A stretch of DNA of 64,000 nucleotides from Octopus sinensis (taxonomy: Eukaryota): contig NC_043022.1 in NCBI RefSeq assembly GCF_006345805.1, positions 13,330,001 through 13,394,000 of the forward strand, read 5' to 3'. A program made the translations under genes and the position numbers. Below, piece by piece: positions 27,810-40,784 of the stretch. The notes below the pieces were generated by a model, which worked only from the letters and a program-made list of their open reading frames with translations, was not told the origin of the DNA and ran no database searches. How positions within the stretch are numbered: position 1 is the first letter of the stretch; every line of letters starts with the position of its first letter.

Positions 27810-28930
27810 TAATACGTCCCCTTCCTGAACTGCTGAATATCACCACCCCAAAACACACACACACACACACACTTTCTGTTAATCATTATACAACCCAGCT
27901 GTGACCTATCCTATTACTCTCCTTATGACAGTTATGTACCTCACCTATGACCTGTCCTATTACATCCCCTTCCTGAACTGTTGAATATCACCACCCTAAA
28001 ACACACACACACACTTTCTGTTAATCATTATACAACCCAGCTGTGACCTGTCCTATTACTCTCCTTATGACAGTTGTGTACCCCACCTATGATTTGTCCT
28101 ATTACTCTCCTTATGATAGTTGTGTACCTCACCTATGATCTGTCCTATTACTCTCCTTATGACAGTTGTGTACCTCACCTATGACCTGTCCTATTACTCT
28201 CCTTATGACAGTTGTGTACCTCATCTATGACCTGTCCTATTACTCTCCTTATGACAGTTGTGTACCTCATCTATGACCTGTCCTATTACTCTCCTTATGA
28301 CAGTTGTGTACCTCATCTATGACCTGTCCTATTACTATCCTTATGACAGTTGTGTACCTCATCTATGACCTGTCCTATTACTCTCCTTATGACAGTTGTG
28401 TACCTCACCTATGATCTGTCCTATTACTCTCCTTATGACAGTTGTGTACCTCACCTATGACCTGTCCTATTACTATCCTTATGACAGTTGTGTACCTCAT
28501 CTATGACCTGTCCTATTACTATCCTTATGACAGTTGTGTACCTCCCCTATGACCTGTCCTATTACATCCCCTTCCTGAACTGTTGAATATCACCACCCCA
28601 AAACACACACACACTTTCTGTTAATCATTATACAACCCAGCTGTGACCTAACCTATTACTCTCCTTGTGACAGCTGTGTACCTCATCTATGACCTGTCCT
28701 ATTACTCTCCTTATGACAGTTGTGTACCTCATCTATGACCTGTCCTATTACTCTCCTTATGACAGTTGTGTACCTCATCTATGACCTGTCCTATTACTCT
28801 CCTTATGACAGTTGTGTACCTCACCTATGACCTGTCCTATTACTCTCCTTATGACTGTGTGTCTCTCCTGTGATCTGTCCTATAACTTTCCTTGTGATTA
28901 TCGTGTACCATCCCTATGATCTGCCCTAAT
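27810..28930. repeat. 46-bp minisatellite with interspersed ~90-bp second unit
   Basis: Unit acctcacctatgacctgtcctattactctccttatgacagttgtgt; second unit starts at ~27818, 27966 and 28568. Confidence 0.9.
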
Positions 28931-29537
28931 ATTCCCCTAACAGCCCTCCGTTTCATTCCTGCCAAATGAAAAACACACCAGGTATACGTCACCTGTTCCC
29001 AAATTGTTCCAGACCAATCTTAATACCATTCTATGATGATGCTTTACTGTCCCATTGGTGGAGGCCATTCTACCAATTTCTTGTTAGGTGAATGGCTTGG
29101 AATAAAATCTGTGCAGTATTCCCTCTGATTCTTTATGTCCAGGGTTCAAATCTGGCCAAGGTCAACTTCACCTATCATCCTTTCAGCTGAAGCAAACTAC
29201 CAGCCAAATAAGTTTTCTATACATATCACTGCTGTATCTCTTCGGTATCTTTATGTACTGAGTTCAAATCTGACTGAGGTTAACTTTACCGTTCGTCCCT
29301 TCAGGGGTCGATGAAATAAAGTACTGGCGTCGATGGAATCGACTAAAATTCAAAATTGCTGGCTTTGTGCCTAAATCAGAAACCATTATTTCCAATCCAT
29401 CAGATGCCCCCCACCTCCAAGTTTTTTTTTAATTTCTTTCCGTACAACTTATTTGCTCATGGATCTGTTTAACCATTTTGATACCAACCATCCTGATATC
29501 ACCTCTGGTTCTTCTGATATCAAACTCCTTGTTTTAA

Positions 29538-29758
29538 CCCTTTAGTGTTCACATTATTCTGCCAAAATTAATCCTTTTTTATCCACATTGTTTTGAACTA
29601 ATCATGCATTATCTTGTAACTATGAGATTTTGATGAGGTAGCTGTTAATTTTTCAAATGATATTGTAGGGTTGGTGTGAGAGACCAGATCTGGCCATGCT
29701 GAACATAAAACAGGCAGAATACTTTTGGCCGTATATGGCCGGTTTAAATGCTAAAGGG
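29538..29758. mobile_element. piggyBac-type MITE family B (221 bp)
   Basis: TTAA-CCCTTTAG...CTAAAGGG-TTAA. Confidence 0.8.
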
Positions 29759-29937
29759 TTAAGGAGATTTCAATCGAAAACCTTCCATCAATATTTCATG
29801 CTGATTAAATGTTAAATGTTCCAAACATCGGTTAAATGATGAAAGGGATTTCTCTAAATTCTTCATTTTTTTCAAAACTAATTGTAACAAAGATAGAAAT
29901 ATGGTAACAAAATGGTTAAAGTGATTTAGGATCTTTG

Positions 29938-30329
29938 CGGTTTGAACGGCAGTTTTTTCTAGCGGTGTCATATGAAATTGTCACCCATAATTATGACCCT
30001 AGTATCGATCTATTGCATTTCAATCTGTTTTAGGGTTAGGGGTGGGGGGAAGGGTATCTTTTTTTCTTCAGAAATGTAAATAAACCCAATCTGTTTCTTA
30101 AACGAGGGACATATTCATTCGGCACAGAATGTTTTCACCTCAGTAGACGTCATTGATTGGTTGAAATTGCAGAAATTGAAGAAAAAAACAACAAATATCT
30201 TACAAACTATAGAATTTTCTCAATAAAGCCAAGAGAAAAAGATGTTTTATAAACACATTCTACCAGTATGCGAAGTTTAAAAGTGTTTAGTTACGAGGAA
30301 ATTATTTTAAAAAACTACCGGTCAAACTG
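29938..30329. mobile_element. Non-autonomous DNA element with ~20-bp TIRs
   Basis: cggtttgaacggcagttttt / aaaaactaccggtcaaactg. Confidence 0.55.
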
Positions 30330-30804
30330 AAAAGACCTTTCCATCAAAATTTCTCATTGCATTCCCAACACCAACTTTGTCATTTTAGTAAATTCTTCAT
30401 TTTTTTCAATATTAGTTGTAACAAAGGTGATGCGTTTCATTGGAAATATGGTAACGAGTGATCTAAATTAAAATTTACCATCAAAATTTCATGTTAATTT
30501 GTGTTCCAAACACCGACTTTTGTTTTTTACTAAGTTCTTCATTATTTTCAAAATTAATTAAAAAACAGTGGCAATGAAGAAAAATAGTAAAAAAAAAAAG
30601 AAAAAAAAACCACCACCCCCTTACAAAACAAGGGGTTAAAAAGTGATGTTTTATTGTGAGTCGGTGGAGGGAGCATAGTGTGTCTCCTCGGCGACGTGGC
30701 ACATCGAAGACAAGAAATATAAGCAATAAAAAAAAAAAATTACATTTTTCTTGTTAACAAAAGAAATATAATTTCTCCCAGCCTAAATTTATTTTAACAC
30801 TCTG

Positions 30805-31260
30805 CCCACTTCCTCCTCCCCCCTCCTCCTCCTAAGCCCACTACTCCCTTCAACTTCCTCCTCCTCCTCCATCTCACACATTCTACCCACTCCCACTTCC
30901 TCCTCCCCCTCCTCCTCCTAAGCCCACTACTTCCTTCAACTTCCTCCTCCTCCTCCATCTCACACATTCTACCCACTCCCACTTCCTCCTCCCCCTCTTC
31001 CTCAGCCCACTTCTCCCTTCTACTTCATCCTCCTCCTCCACCTCACACGTTCTACCCACTCCCACCTCCTCCCCCTCTTCCTCAGCCAACTGCTCCCTTC
31101 CACTTCATCCTCCTCCTCCTCTACCTCACACGTTCTACCCACTCCCACTTCCTCCTCTCCCTCCTCAGCCAACTGCTCCTTTCTACGTCCCCCTCCTCCA
31201 CCTCACACGTTCTACCCACTCCCACTTCTTCCTCTTCTTCCTACGTTCTTCCCATTGTTC
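30805..31260. repeat. Pyrimidine-rich 77-87-bp minisatellite, ~5 units
   Basis: cccacttcctcc...ctcacac(a/g)ttcta recurs at 30805, 30892, 30978, 31061, 31144 and 31221. Confidence 0.85.
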
Positions 31261-31642
31261 GACCACCACCACCACCGCTCCCGTCCCCGTCCCCGGCTCC
31301 ATTTTCCTTTTTTTCCTTTTCCTCCATTATTCTCTCTGTGAAAACGGTTTCCCCCACAAATATTTCACTTTCAACAGTTTAAATACTCCGTCAGGTGTCA
31401 AAACATCAACTGCTGATTTCTTTCTCCCCGCCCCGCCCCCACCACCACACCTCCAGATTTTATTCCAATATGAATAAACCACGTTCCTCCCTTTCTTTCT
31501 TTCTCTCTCTCTCTCCCCCCTTCTCTCTCTCTCTCTCTCTCCGTTTGTCTATCTCTTTCTTTCTTTCTTCCCCTCTCTCTCTCTCCGTTTGTCTATCTCT
31601 TTCTTTCTTTCTTTCTTCCCCCTCTCTCTCCGTTTGTCTATC

Positions 31643-31707
<65 letters not shown>

Positions 31708-32335
31708 TTGTCTATCTGTTTCTTTCTCTTCCTCTCTCCACACACATCCCGACTGTTACCTCCCTTTATTTACCAAGTCATCTGTCTGTCTGGTTTGTAT
31801 TAAATAAAAGCCGACCAACTTTCAATGTCATAGAAATAATTATTCATATATAATCAACTTCTTGTTATGTCTTTATCTCTTTCTCCCTCCCTCTCTCTCA
31901 GACTTCGCCAACCACGCCATCCCCCCCCCAGCCAAAAGCCCCCAAAACATAGAAATATAGTTCGAAAACTGTATTTTCTCTCCCCCTCCTTCTCCTCTAC
32001 GCCCCTCCCCCCGTTTTAAATATTTCCATTTTTACTTCAATTTCACTGTCACCCAATTTTCCCCTCTTCTTGTTTCTATTAATAAATATATAAAAAGATA
32101 CATATCTGCTTACTCATACACGTGTAATTATATGATTATATGTACGTATATACACATAGGCATATATATTTACACACATACACACACACACACACACACA
32201 TATATACACACACACACCTATATATATATTTATATGTACATGTCTGTGTGTGTGTATATATATATATATATACACACACATGTATATATACAAATATATA
32301 TGTATACACATGTATATATACACACATGTATATAT

Positions 32336-32395
<60 letters not shown>

Positions 32396-32645
32396 CACAT
32401 GTATATATACAAATATTTATATATATACATGCATACACGTATATATACAAGTGTATATATAATATATATATAATATATATACATATATATAGTTAACACA
32501 ATGGAGAAAACAAGAATATGAGGAGGTAATACATGCAAATAATAAGACGCTCAGAGAAAGAGAGATTCCGATGTATATATACATATATACATATATACAT
32601 TTATAGATGCATACATACACACACACAAACAGGAGCATATACACG

Positions 32646-32677
<32 letters not shown>

Positions 32678-32678
<1 letters not shown>

Positions 32679-32853
32679 AGGCAAGAGTGGAGAACAGATT
32701 TCAAAGGTCAAATCCCTTTATCAGATGAAATCACTTGGCATCATCGGCATATTCATATTGAACTGACACTGTATATGGATATGCCTATGATGCGAAGTGA
32801 TTTACTTTGATAAAGAGACTTGACCTTTGAAATCTGTTCTCCACACGTGCCTG
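32678..32853. mobile_element. 176-bp hairpin MITE, TA-CAG...CTG-TA (Tc1/mariner-type ends)
   Basis: ~80-bp arms about 85% complementary; 14-nt loop at 32759-32772. Confidence 0.8.
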
Positions 32854-32914
32854 TATTCTTATTGCTCCTTAAGAGCACTAATGAGTTGTACTGTATTAAA
32901 TGAGATCCTTTTGA

Positions 32915-32939
32915 TTACTCATAATTATATATATATATA

Positions 32940-32982
<43 letters not shown>

Positions 32983-33299
32983 TATATATACATATACACA
33001 CATACATACCTATATATATGTACATATATACACATACATACCTATATATACACATACATACTATATATATATATACCACATACATACCTATATATATATA
33101 TATAATATATATATACATACATATAACACATACATACCTATATATATACATACATATATACACATACTACCTATATATATATATATACATACATATACAC
33201 ATACATACCTATATTATATATATATATACACATATATACACATACATACCTATATATATATATATATTATATATATATACATATATACACATACATACC

Positions 33300-33330
<31 letters not shown>

Positions 33331-33395
33331 TATATATATATCCATATATATATATATATAATATACACACACACACCTATATATATATATATATC

Positions 33396-33439
<44 letters not shown>

Positions 33440-33534
33440 CATATATACACATACATACCTATATATATATATATCCATATATATATATATATACATATAT
33501 ACACATACATACCTATATATATATATATATATAG

Positions 33535-33566
<32 letters not shown>

Positions 33567-33626
33567 TACATACCTATATATATATATTATATATATACAC
33601 ATACATACCTATATATATATATATAG

Positions 33627-33669
<43 letters not shown>

Positions 33670-33706
33670 GATATATATATATATATATATATACACATAC
33701 ATACCT

Positions 33707-33738
<32 letters not shown>

Positions 33739-33975
33739 CACACATACACCTATATATCTATATATATATATATATACACATACTACCTATATATATATAT
33801 ATAATATATACACATACATACCTATATATATATATTATATATACACATACATACCTATATATATATATATATATATATAACACATACATACCTATATATA
33901 TATTATAATATATATACCACATACATACCTATATATATATATATTATATATACACACATACATACCTATATATGT
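32915..33975. repeat. Compound microsatellite (TA)n-CACATACATACC
   Basis: Recurring cacatacatacc punctuation between variable TA runs. Confidence 0.9.
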
Positions 33976-34522
33976 ATATATATACATTTATAAATGTATA
34001 TACACACACACACACACACACATCCAAACACAGAAACAGGTGCATATATACAAATAGACCAGATAAATTCTTGGTTCTGAGAAGGGTTTATTATTCAAAC
34101 AAACAAACAAACAAAAATTCTTCTCAGAAACAGAAATATACAAAAGAAAAAAAATAGTGAAATGTTACCAATGTTGAGATAAAACTTGAAAATGATAAAT
34201 AAAAAAAAAATTGACAAACAACAAGACAAATAAACTGTTATGTGGGGCTCCCACACCCCATGGGGCAAGTCCTGTCCCTGCACCACATGTACGTGTGTGC
34301 TGGGGAATAAGAGCTACATTCAAATATTATTATTATTAATTCATTTATTGCTCAATAAATTTGTTTTTAACTTTCAATGTAAAATAAAGAGATTTTCTTT
34401 GAAATAACAACTGTCTATATCATTATTATTATTATTTGTTGTTGTCAAATGTGGTGGTTGATGTTGTTGTTGGGGTTAACTTTTAATTTTGGCTAAAGAT
34501 CGTCCCAATTATAGTTGTATAT

Positions 34523-34874
34523 GTTAGTTAGTTAGTTAATTTTTTGGCTCAAAAAGCAAAAAAGCAAGGCCATGTAGCGGGACATGGAGTTATGTACAGG
34601 GTGGTGTTCATGTAAAGAGTTCAGGCCACTTGAGGTCAAGGGAGACTTTGAACCGAGCGGTCGTTGGCATCTTCACTATCTCGTTCGGCAGCTTATTCCA
34701 CGGATCCGCAACCCGGACGGAGAAAGCCCCTCTCCTTCGATTGAGATGAAATCGTCGTAGATAGAGCTTTTCGGAATGACCCCGCAGCCGACGCTCTGGA
34801 GCAGGAGTGAAGAACAGCTCTTTCGAGAAGTTACACTTTCCGCTTATGATGTTGTGAGCAAGAATGAGATCTCC
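34523..34874 (-). mobile_element. CR1/L2-like LINE 3' end with (TAAC)n tail
   Basis: 34874-34608 reads GDLI...LRGHSEKL...FSVRVADPWNKLP...FK..LD* without interruption, followed by a short 3' UTR and TAAC repeats. Confidence 0.8.
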
Positions 34875-37482
34875 ATTCTAGTGTTGCACTAGTCATTGTG
34901 GATCTTCTTAAATTTCCTCCGACAACTTCAAGTATGTCGACTTTTCACCAGATTGGTGAAGCAAGATCTTCGAATGTTGGCCCTCGCAGAGGCAATGGCA
35001 AGTGACCAAGACCTCTGGTGACATGTTGCGCTTGAGAAGACCCATCAAGCTGAGTGTGATCGTAGTCATGGCTGATGCCTATGTCATGTAACTGGTATGT
35101 AAAAATCACTCCTCAAACGTTGGGCGATATGCTGTGCTTGAGAAGACCTGTCAAACCAAATGAAATTGTAGCCACGGCTGATTCCAGTGCCGATGGCATG
35201 TAAAAAGCAGCTTGAGCGTGCGGCCGATGCTGGTCTCAAGCCAATGGCACCCACTACACTCTTGGAGTGGTTGGCGTTAGGAAGGGCGTCCAGCCGTAGA
35301 AACCATGCTGAACCAAATTAGAACCTAGTGTAGCTCTCCGGCTTACCAGTTTTCAGCCAAACTGTCCAACCCTTGTCAGAATGGAAAACGGACGTTAAAT
35401 GCTGATGATGACAAATGGTATTTTTGGAACGAAAATACAACTGATGTTTACTTGACGTTGAAAAGTAACAGAAGCAATGGCAGTACAAGGGCTTAGCTGA
35501 AAAGTTCTTCGCTTTGGGTAAAAGCAAATACAAGAGGATCAGTTAATTGTGATTTTATTCAACATATTCTCCTCTCAGATTCACACACTTGTTGCAGTGG
35601 TCCTTCAGTTTTTCTAAGCCCTGTAAAAGAAATTGGAAGCTTAGGCCCCTGACCAGGTCTTTCGCGACACCGTTAAAGATAGGAACTTTTCAGCATCCCA
35701 ACATATATTTAATTTTTTTTTTTCATTCGCATGTCCACGGGTAATAGAAATATATAATTCAAAAAGGTGACCGAAGAAAGGATGGTGGATAATATTGTGA
35801 GCTTTTACCAAGTCAGCTGTAGACTACACGCCAGGCGAAATGCTCAGCAGTATTTTGTCTGCCGTTATGCCGTGAGTTCAAATTCCGCTGAGGTCGATAA
35901 TTTAAGTACCAGGGTTTGATGTAATCGACTTAATCCGTTTGTCTGTTCTTGTTTGTCCTCTCTGTGTTTAGCCTCTTGTGGGTAATAGAGAAATAGGTAT
36001 TTCGTCTGCCGTTACGTTCTGAGTTCAAATCCTGCTGAGGTCGACTTGGTCTTTCATCTTTTCGGGGCCGATTAAATAAGTGCCAGTTACACACTGGAGT
36101 CGATGTATTCGACTTAATCCGTTTGTCTGTCCTTGTTTGTCCCATCTATGTTTAGCCCCTTGTGGGCAATAACGAAATAAATATTAATTACAATGAGGAG
36201 GAAATCACTTTAATAAAATAAATCCGATAAAATCGTAAATTGAAGAAAGAATCGTGCATGAGTTATTCCCCTTAGACTGCATTTTAATCGATTTAAATTT
36301 TTTTTTTCCTGACGATGGAGTAGTTGGGCCTGGTACATTATTATCACTGGAATGATTTTTTGTTATCAGGCCTTCCTCAAGCAAGGCTAAGGGCAGGGCT
36401 TTAAGCAGCATCATCCGCTCCCGAGAAAGTCAATGTTCTGGGTCCTATACTATGTATTTATTGACAGTGGGCTTCATACATTAAGGCAGCACTAACTGAA
36501 AGGAAGTTTATGAAAACAACGAATAAAATTTGGTCATATATTCTTTCCTACTCTAGGCACAAGTCCTGATATTTTGGGGGAGGAGGGCCAGTCGATTAGG
36601 TCGACCCCAGTACGCAACTGGTACTTAATTTATCGACCCCGAAAGGATGAAAGGCCAAGTCGACCTCGGTGGAATTTGAACTCAGAACGTAACGGCAGAC
36701 GAAATACCTATTTCTTTACTACCCACAAAGGGCCAAACACAGAGGGGACAGACAAGGACAGACAAACGGATTAAGTCGATTATATCGACCCCAGTACTTA
36801 TTTAATCGACCCCGAAAGGATGAAATACAAAGTCGACCTCGGCGGAATTTGAACTCAGAACGCAAGCACAGTCCTGGGGTCGATTTGCTCGACTAAATGC
36901 GGTGCTCCAGCATGGCCACAGTCAAATGAGTGAAACAAGTAAAAGAGTAAAAGAGAGTCAAAGTTACTAACAAAAAATAAAGGTGGTGGTGGTATGAGTA
37001 GAGATATTGGTTGGAGGAGGAGGTGGTAGTGGTGGTGTCAGTAGAGATATTCACTGAAGCAAATTGTGGTGACGATGGTGGTGGTGGAGTTAGTTGTGAT
37101 ATCGTTTAAAGGTGACGACGACGGCGGCGTACGTTTTGTTTGTTTGTTTTTTTCTACCTCCCACTCTTTTAACGCATGCGCTTCAATGCAATTACCTGTC
37201 GTCTGCTTTCGGACGTAAAAGAAAGGAACAGCAGACGACAAAGAATCTGTTGTATATAATACATGTTTGTGTGTGTGTGGTAAGTAGCACGGTTCCAGGT
37301 TCAGTCCCATTGCGTGGCACCTTAGGTAAGTATATTTTACTATAGCCTCGAGCCGACCAAAGCTTTGTGAGTGGATTTGGTAGACGGAAACTGAAAGAAG
37401 CCCGTCATATATATATATATATATATGTGTGTGTGCGTGTATACATACATACATACATATATATTTATATACATACACACAC

Positions 37483-37514
<32 letters not shown>

Positions 37515-38459
37515 ATATATGTATTTATGTATGTATATATGTATGTATTTATGTATGTATATATATAAATATATATGTATTTATGTATGTCTATATAAAT
37601 ATATATGTATGTATGTATATATATAAATATATATGTATGTATGTATATATATAAATATATATGTATGTATGTATATAAATAAATATATATGTATTTATGT
37701 ATGTATATATATATAAATATATATGTACTTATGTATGTATATATATATATAAATATATATGTATTTATGTATGTATATATATATATGTATTTATGTATAT
37801 ATATATATAAATATATATGTATGTATGTATATATGTGTGTGTGTGTATGTGTGCTTGTCAATAGATGTACTACTACTACTATTTCGATTTTGGGCATACT
37901 TACACAAATGTGCCCCACGCGATTTTGTTTCTTTATCACTTTCAGAAGAAAAGAAAAAAAAAAAGTTATTGTTTTAATGAAATTTTCAATAATTAAAACC
38001 TTCCAGATGGTGTAAATGACGATTATATCAGAAATTAATATTAAAAAATGAAATTTAAAAAATTATGCGATGTTTGCCTGTATGTATATGTGTGTGTGTG
38101 TGTGTGCGCCCACCAATTTTATTTCATTTCATTTTTTTATTTGCACATTAAATTCTAGTATAATTATTTATAATCTACACCATCTGAAAGCAGTTTGTAG
38201 AACTTTTCCTTAAAAAACAAAATCTATTTTTATGAAAGTTATGAGGAAATAAAGTCAGTGTGTGTGTGTGTGTAGGGTTGGGGCAGACATGTGTAGCTAT
38301 GCTAATGGCATTTCGTTTGTTTTTCCCTCTCTGCCTCTCTTTGTCACAGCAGCACCTTGTCCTCAGTAAAACCTTATATTTATTTCTATTTTTTATTTTT
38401 TTATTTTATGTGGGAGATGAAAAATTTGGTATGTAAAATTAAATATGAAGGGGATTATA

Positions 38460-38833
38460 TCTGGTAAGTGCTGATATATTCTTTTCAAACTCCACCCGTC
38501 TAACACCCGTGGACATATTTACAAAGTCAGAAAACAGCACAGCTCCTTCCATGACTTTAGGAAACATTTTTTCACGCTGAGAGTTGCTGAAGCATGGAAC
38601 AAACTGCCGGCATCAGTTGTTAGTTGTCGGAGCACTGCATCCTTCAAAACTTCCATGCTTTCTGAGATTCGCCAACACTACACCTGATTTTCTCCCCTCC
38701 ATACACACGCAAGCATGTATCTGACTCATACACTGTTCGCTTTCCAGACATTTGTACATTACTGCATACGCACTTTCTGACAAGTTGTGGTGCACCTGAG
38801 CACTGTATACAATAATTTCATTATTATTATTAT
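38460..38833 (+). mobile_element. CR1/L2-like LINE 3' end with (ATT)n tail
   Basis: RGHIYKV...RKHFFTLRVAEAWNKLP...SFK; tail ttattattattatt. Confidence 0.75.
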
Positions 38834-40021
38834 TCTAGTTTTTCTCGTAATTTACTTTTCATGTCATGCAGAAAGAAGTTTTTACAGAGCAAAATTATGA
38901 AGAATAAAAAAGGAAAAAATTTAAAAAATTTAATTACAAAATGTATAATGAAAGCGATGTGGGTGAGATTTTTTTTTTAAATGTGAATTCCAAATGTTTC
39001 AGAATGTGGTGGAATACAATAAAATGATGAAAAATGATGGAAAGTCATTTTAATCGTGGTTGCTCTTCTGAAGACATTATGGAAGAAGAAGGGGGGGGGC
39101 AACAGAAGTTTAAAAAACATGGAATTAGCGTTTCAAGAATGAAATCCTTCCAAAAAATATACAGTTCCATTGAAAAAAAAAGGTAAAGACCACCTTTGGT
39201 CATGAATGGCCTTGGGATTGTATCTAGAAATTACACTCTGATGCACAAGTCCAGGCAAGGTTTGTTTGATAAAAATTCCTCTTCCTAATGATTTTGCTTT
39301 CGTTTCATGATAGACAGCTATCATGCAGAAAATGCCAGCTTCCAAATCCTGTTTTCTGATTAGGAAAAGTTGATTAAACTTTAAACCTCAGTAAGATTTT
39401 TCTGCAATTTTTCTGGAGCAAATAAATAACAAAATCGGATTTAACGCGGAAAATTATTTCAATATACCAAATTTGAAAATTTTGACGTAATTTTAGAATC
39501 TCACAATATGTGACAGCAACAGGGAAGACCCTACGAAAGTAGAGAGACAGATAGTTATAGGACATGACACACACACATTTACAGAGGTAATCATGAGTTT
39601 AAAATGGTGTATAGTAGACGTATGTATGTATGTGTGGGTGTTTCTTTGCGAGGGATAGCAGAAAAGTCACCTACCCCCTTTTTCTTTAAGAGGGCTACGT
39701 ATTCCTCTCACCCATCTTTCTTCCTCTTCATTGGAGTTTTAATAGTTACCTATGTGCACGTGTGTGTATTTATGAAAGTACATGTATATATGACAGTTGC
39801 ACTTTTTTCATCCAATCACCACTCCAATTTGTTGCTTACACAACGTTGTCCTCCCCTTCCCTGATATCAATCCCACTCACTCTGCTACTACATTTCCCTC
39901 ACACTAATACTCTTTGCACCCATCTCATTTTATATAATTTGCCCAACCCCACTAGAAGGCACATTATAGATTTTACATTATTTACATTTGATGGATATTT
40001 GTCCTCATCTTGTTTGTTGTT

Positions 40022-40067
40022 AACACAACATTTCAGCTGATATACTCTCCAGCCTTCATCAGGTGTC
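40022..40067 (-). ncRNA. Minimal type-I hammerhead ribozyme motif (partly decayed)
   Basis: GACAC-CUGAUGA-A-GGCUG(10 nt)CAGCU-GAAA-UG-UU-GUGUU; stems I and II are present. Confidence 0.6.
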
Positions 40068-40450
40068 TTGGGGAAATTTCAAACCTGGGTTTTCATTCCT
40101 AAGGTATTTTTCGATATTATTATTATTATTATTATTCAGGTCATTGCCTGGAATCAGGGGCGTGGATTTATGCAAGGGGTTGAGAGATGAAAAGTATAAA
40201 TAAAAGGGACTTCAACAGGGAGGTGAGTTGGAGAAGAGATACATGGCCACCCCAACATTATATGAGAGCAGCTGGGAGTAAATGAATGTAAACAGGAAAT
40301 AAATGAGACATTAAATATAGCTGAGACCCAATTACCTAAAGAAAAAACTGATATACTACTAGGCTTCTGTGTAGTAAATTATATCATTTAAGAATAGAAT
40401 TTAACTCATGAAAAAAAAAGAAGACAATATAAATATAACACTTGACAATT

Positions 40451-40456
40451 TTTATT
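40451..40456 (-). promoter_or_regulatory. Possible FARSB polyadenylation signal
   Basis: AATAAA on the minus strand ~180 nt after the stop. Confidence 0.4.
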
Positions 40457-40635
40457 ACTGCTCTTTTGAGTGCGTATATATACACATACATAGATTTTCA
40501 TGATCAATGCATTTAATTAATCAATTACAATATTGCATAAATTAGATTGCAGTGGTGTTTGTGATTGTCGGTCAAAGACCAGGCTGATGGTGTAATCCAT
40601 ACAAATGGATTTCAAATTGTGCAAGAAAAGCCATT

Positions 40636-40784
40636 TTATAGTTTCTCAATATTGATCTCTAAAGCAGAGCATGGCATGTTGAGCTCAAACTTTGTGATCA
40701 CATCTGGGTGTAATACTCCAAACTTGCCAACACTTTGGTTTCCAGCAATGATCTCTGCACAACGGCCGGGGAAAAAAGTCGGAT
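40636..40784 (-). CDS. FARSB: FARSB last coding exon: [49 protein letters not shown]
   Basis: tgcag acceptor; FFPGRCAEI...GVLHPDV..KFEL motif; TAA at 40638-40636. The 16 exons total 1552 nt in one frame. Confidence 0.96.

Noticed and set aside
27810-28930. CRISPR-like array
   Set aside because: The units are contiguous with no unique spacers, there are no cas genes, and the context is eukaryotic.
37197-37240. pre-miRNA-like hairpin TGTCGTCTGCT/AGCAGACGACA
   Set aside because: The stem is only 11 bp before a 5-nt bulge, too short for a canonical precursor.
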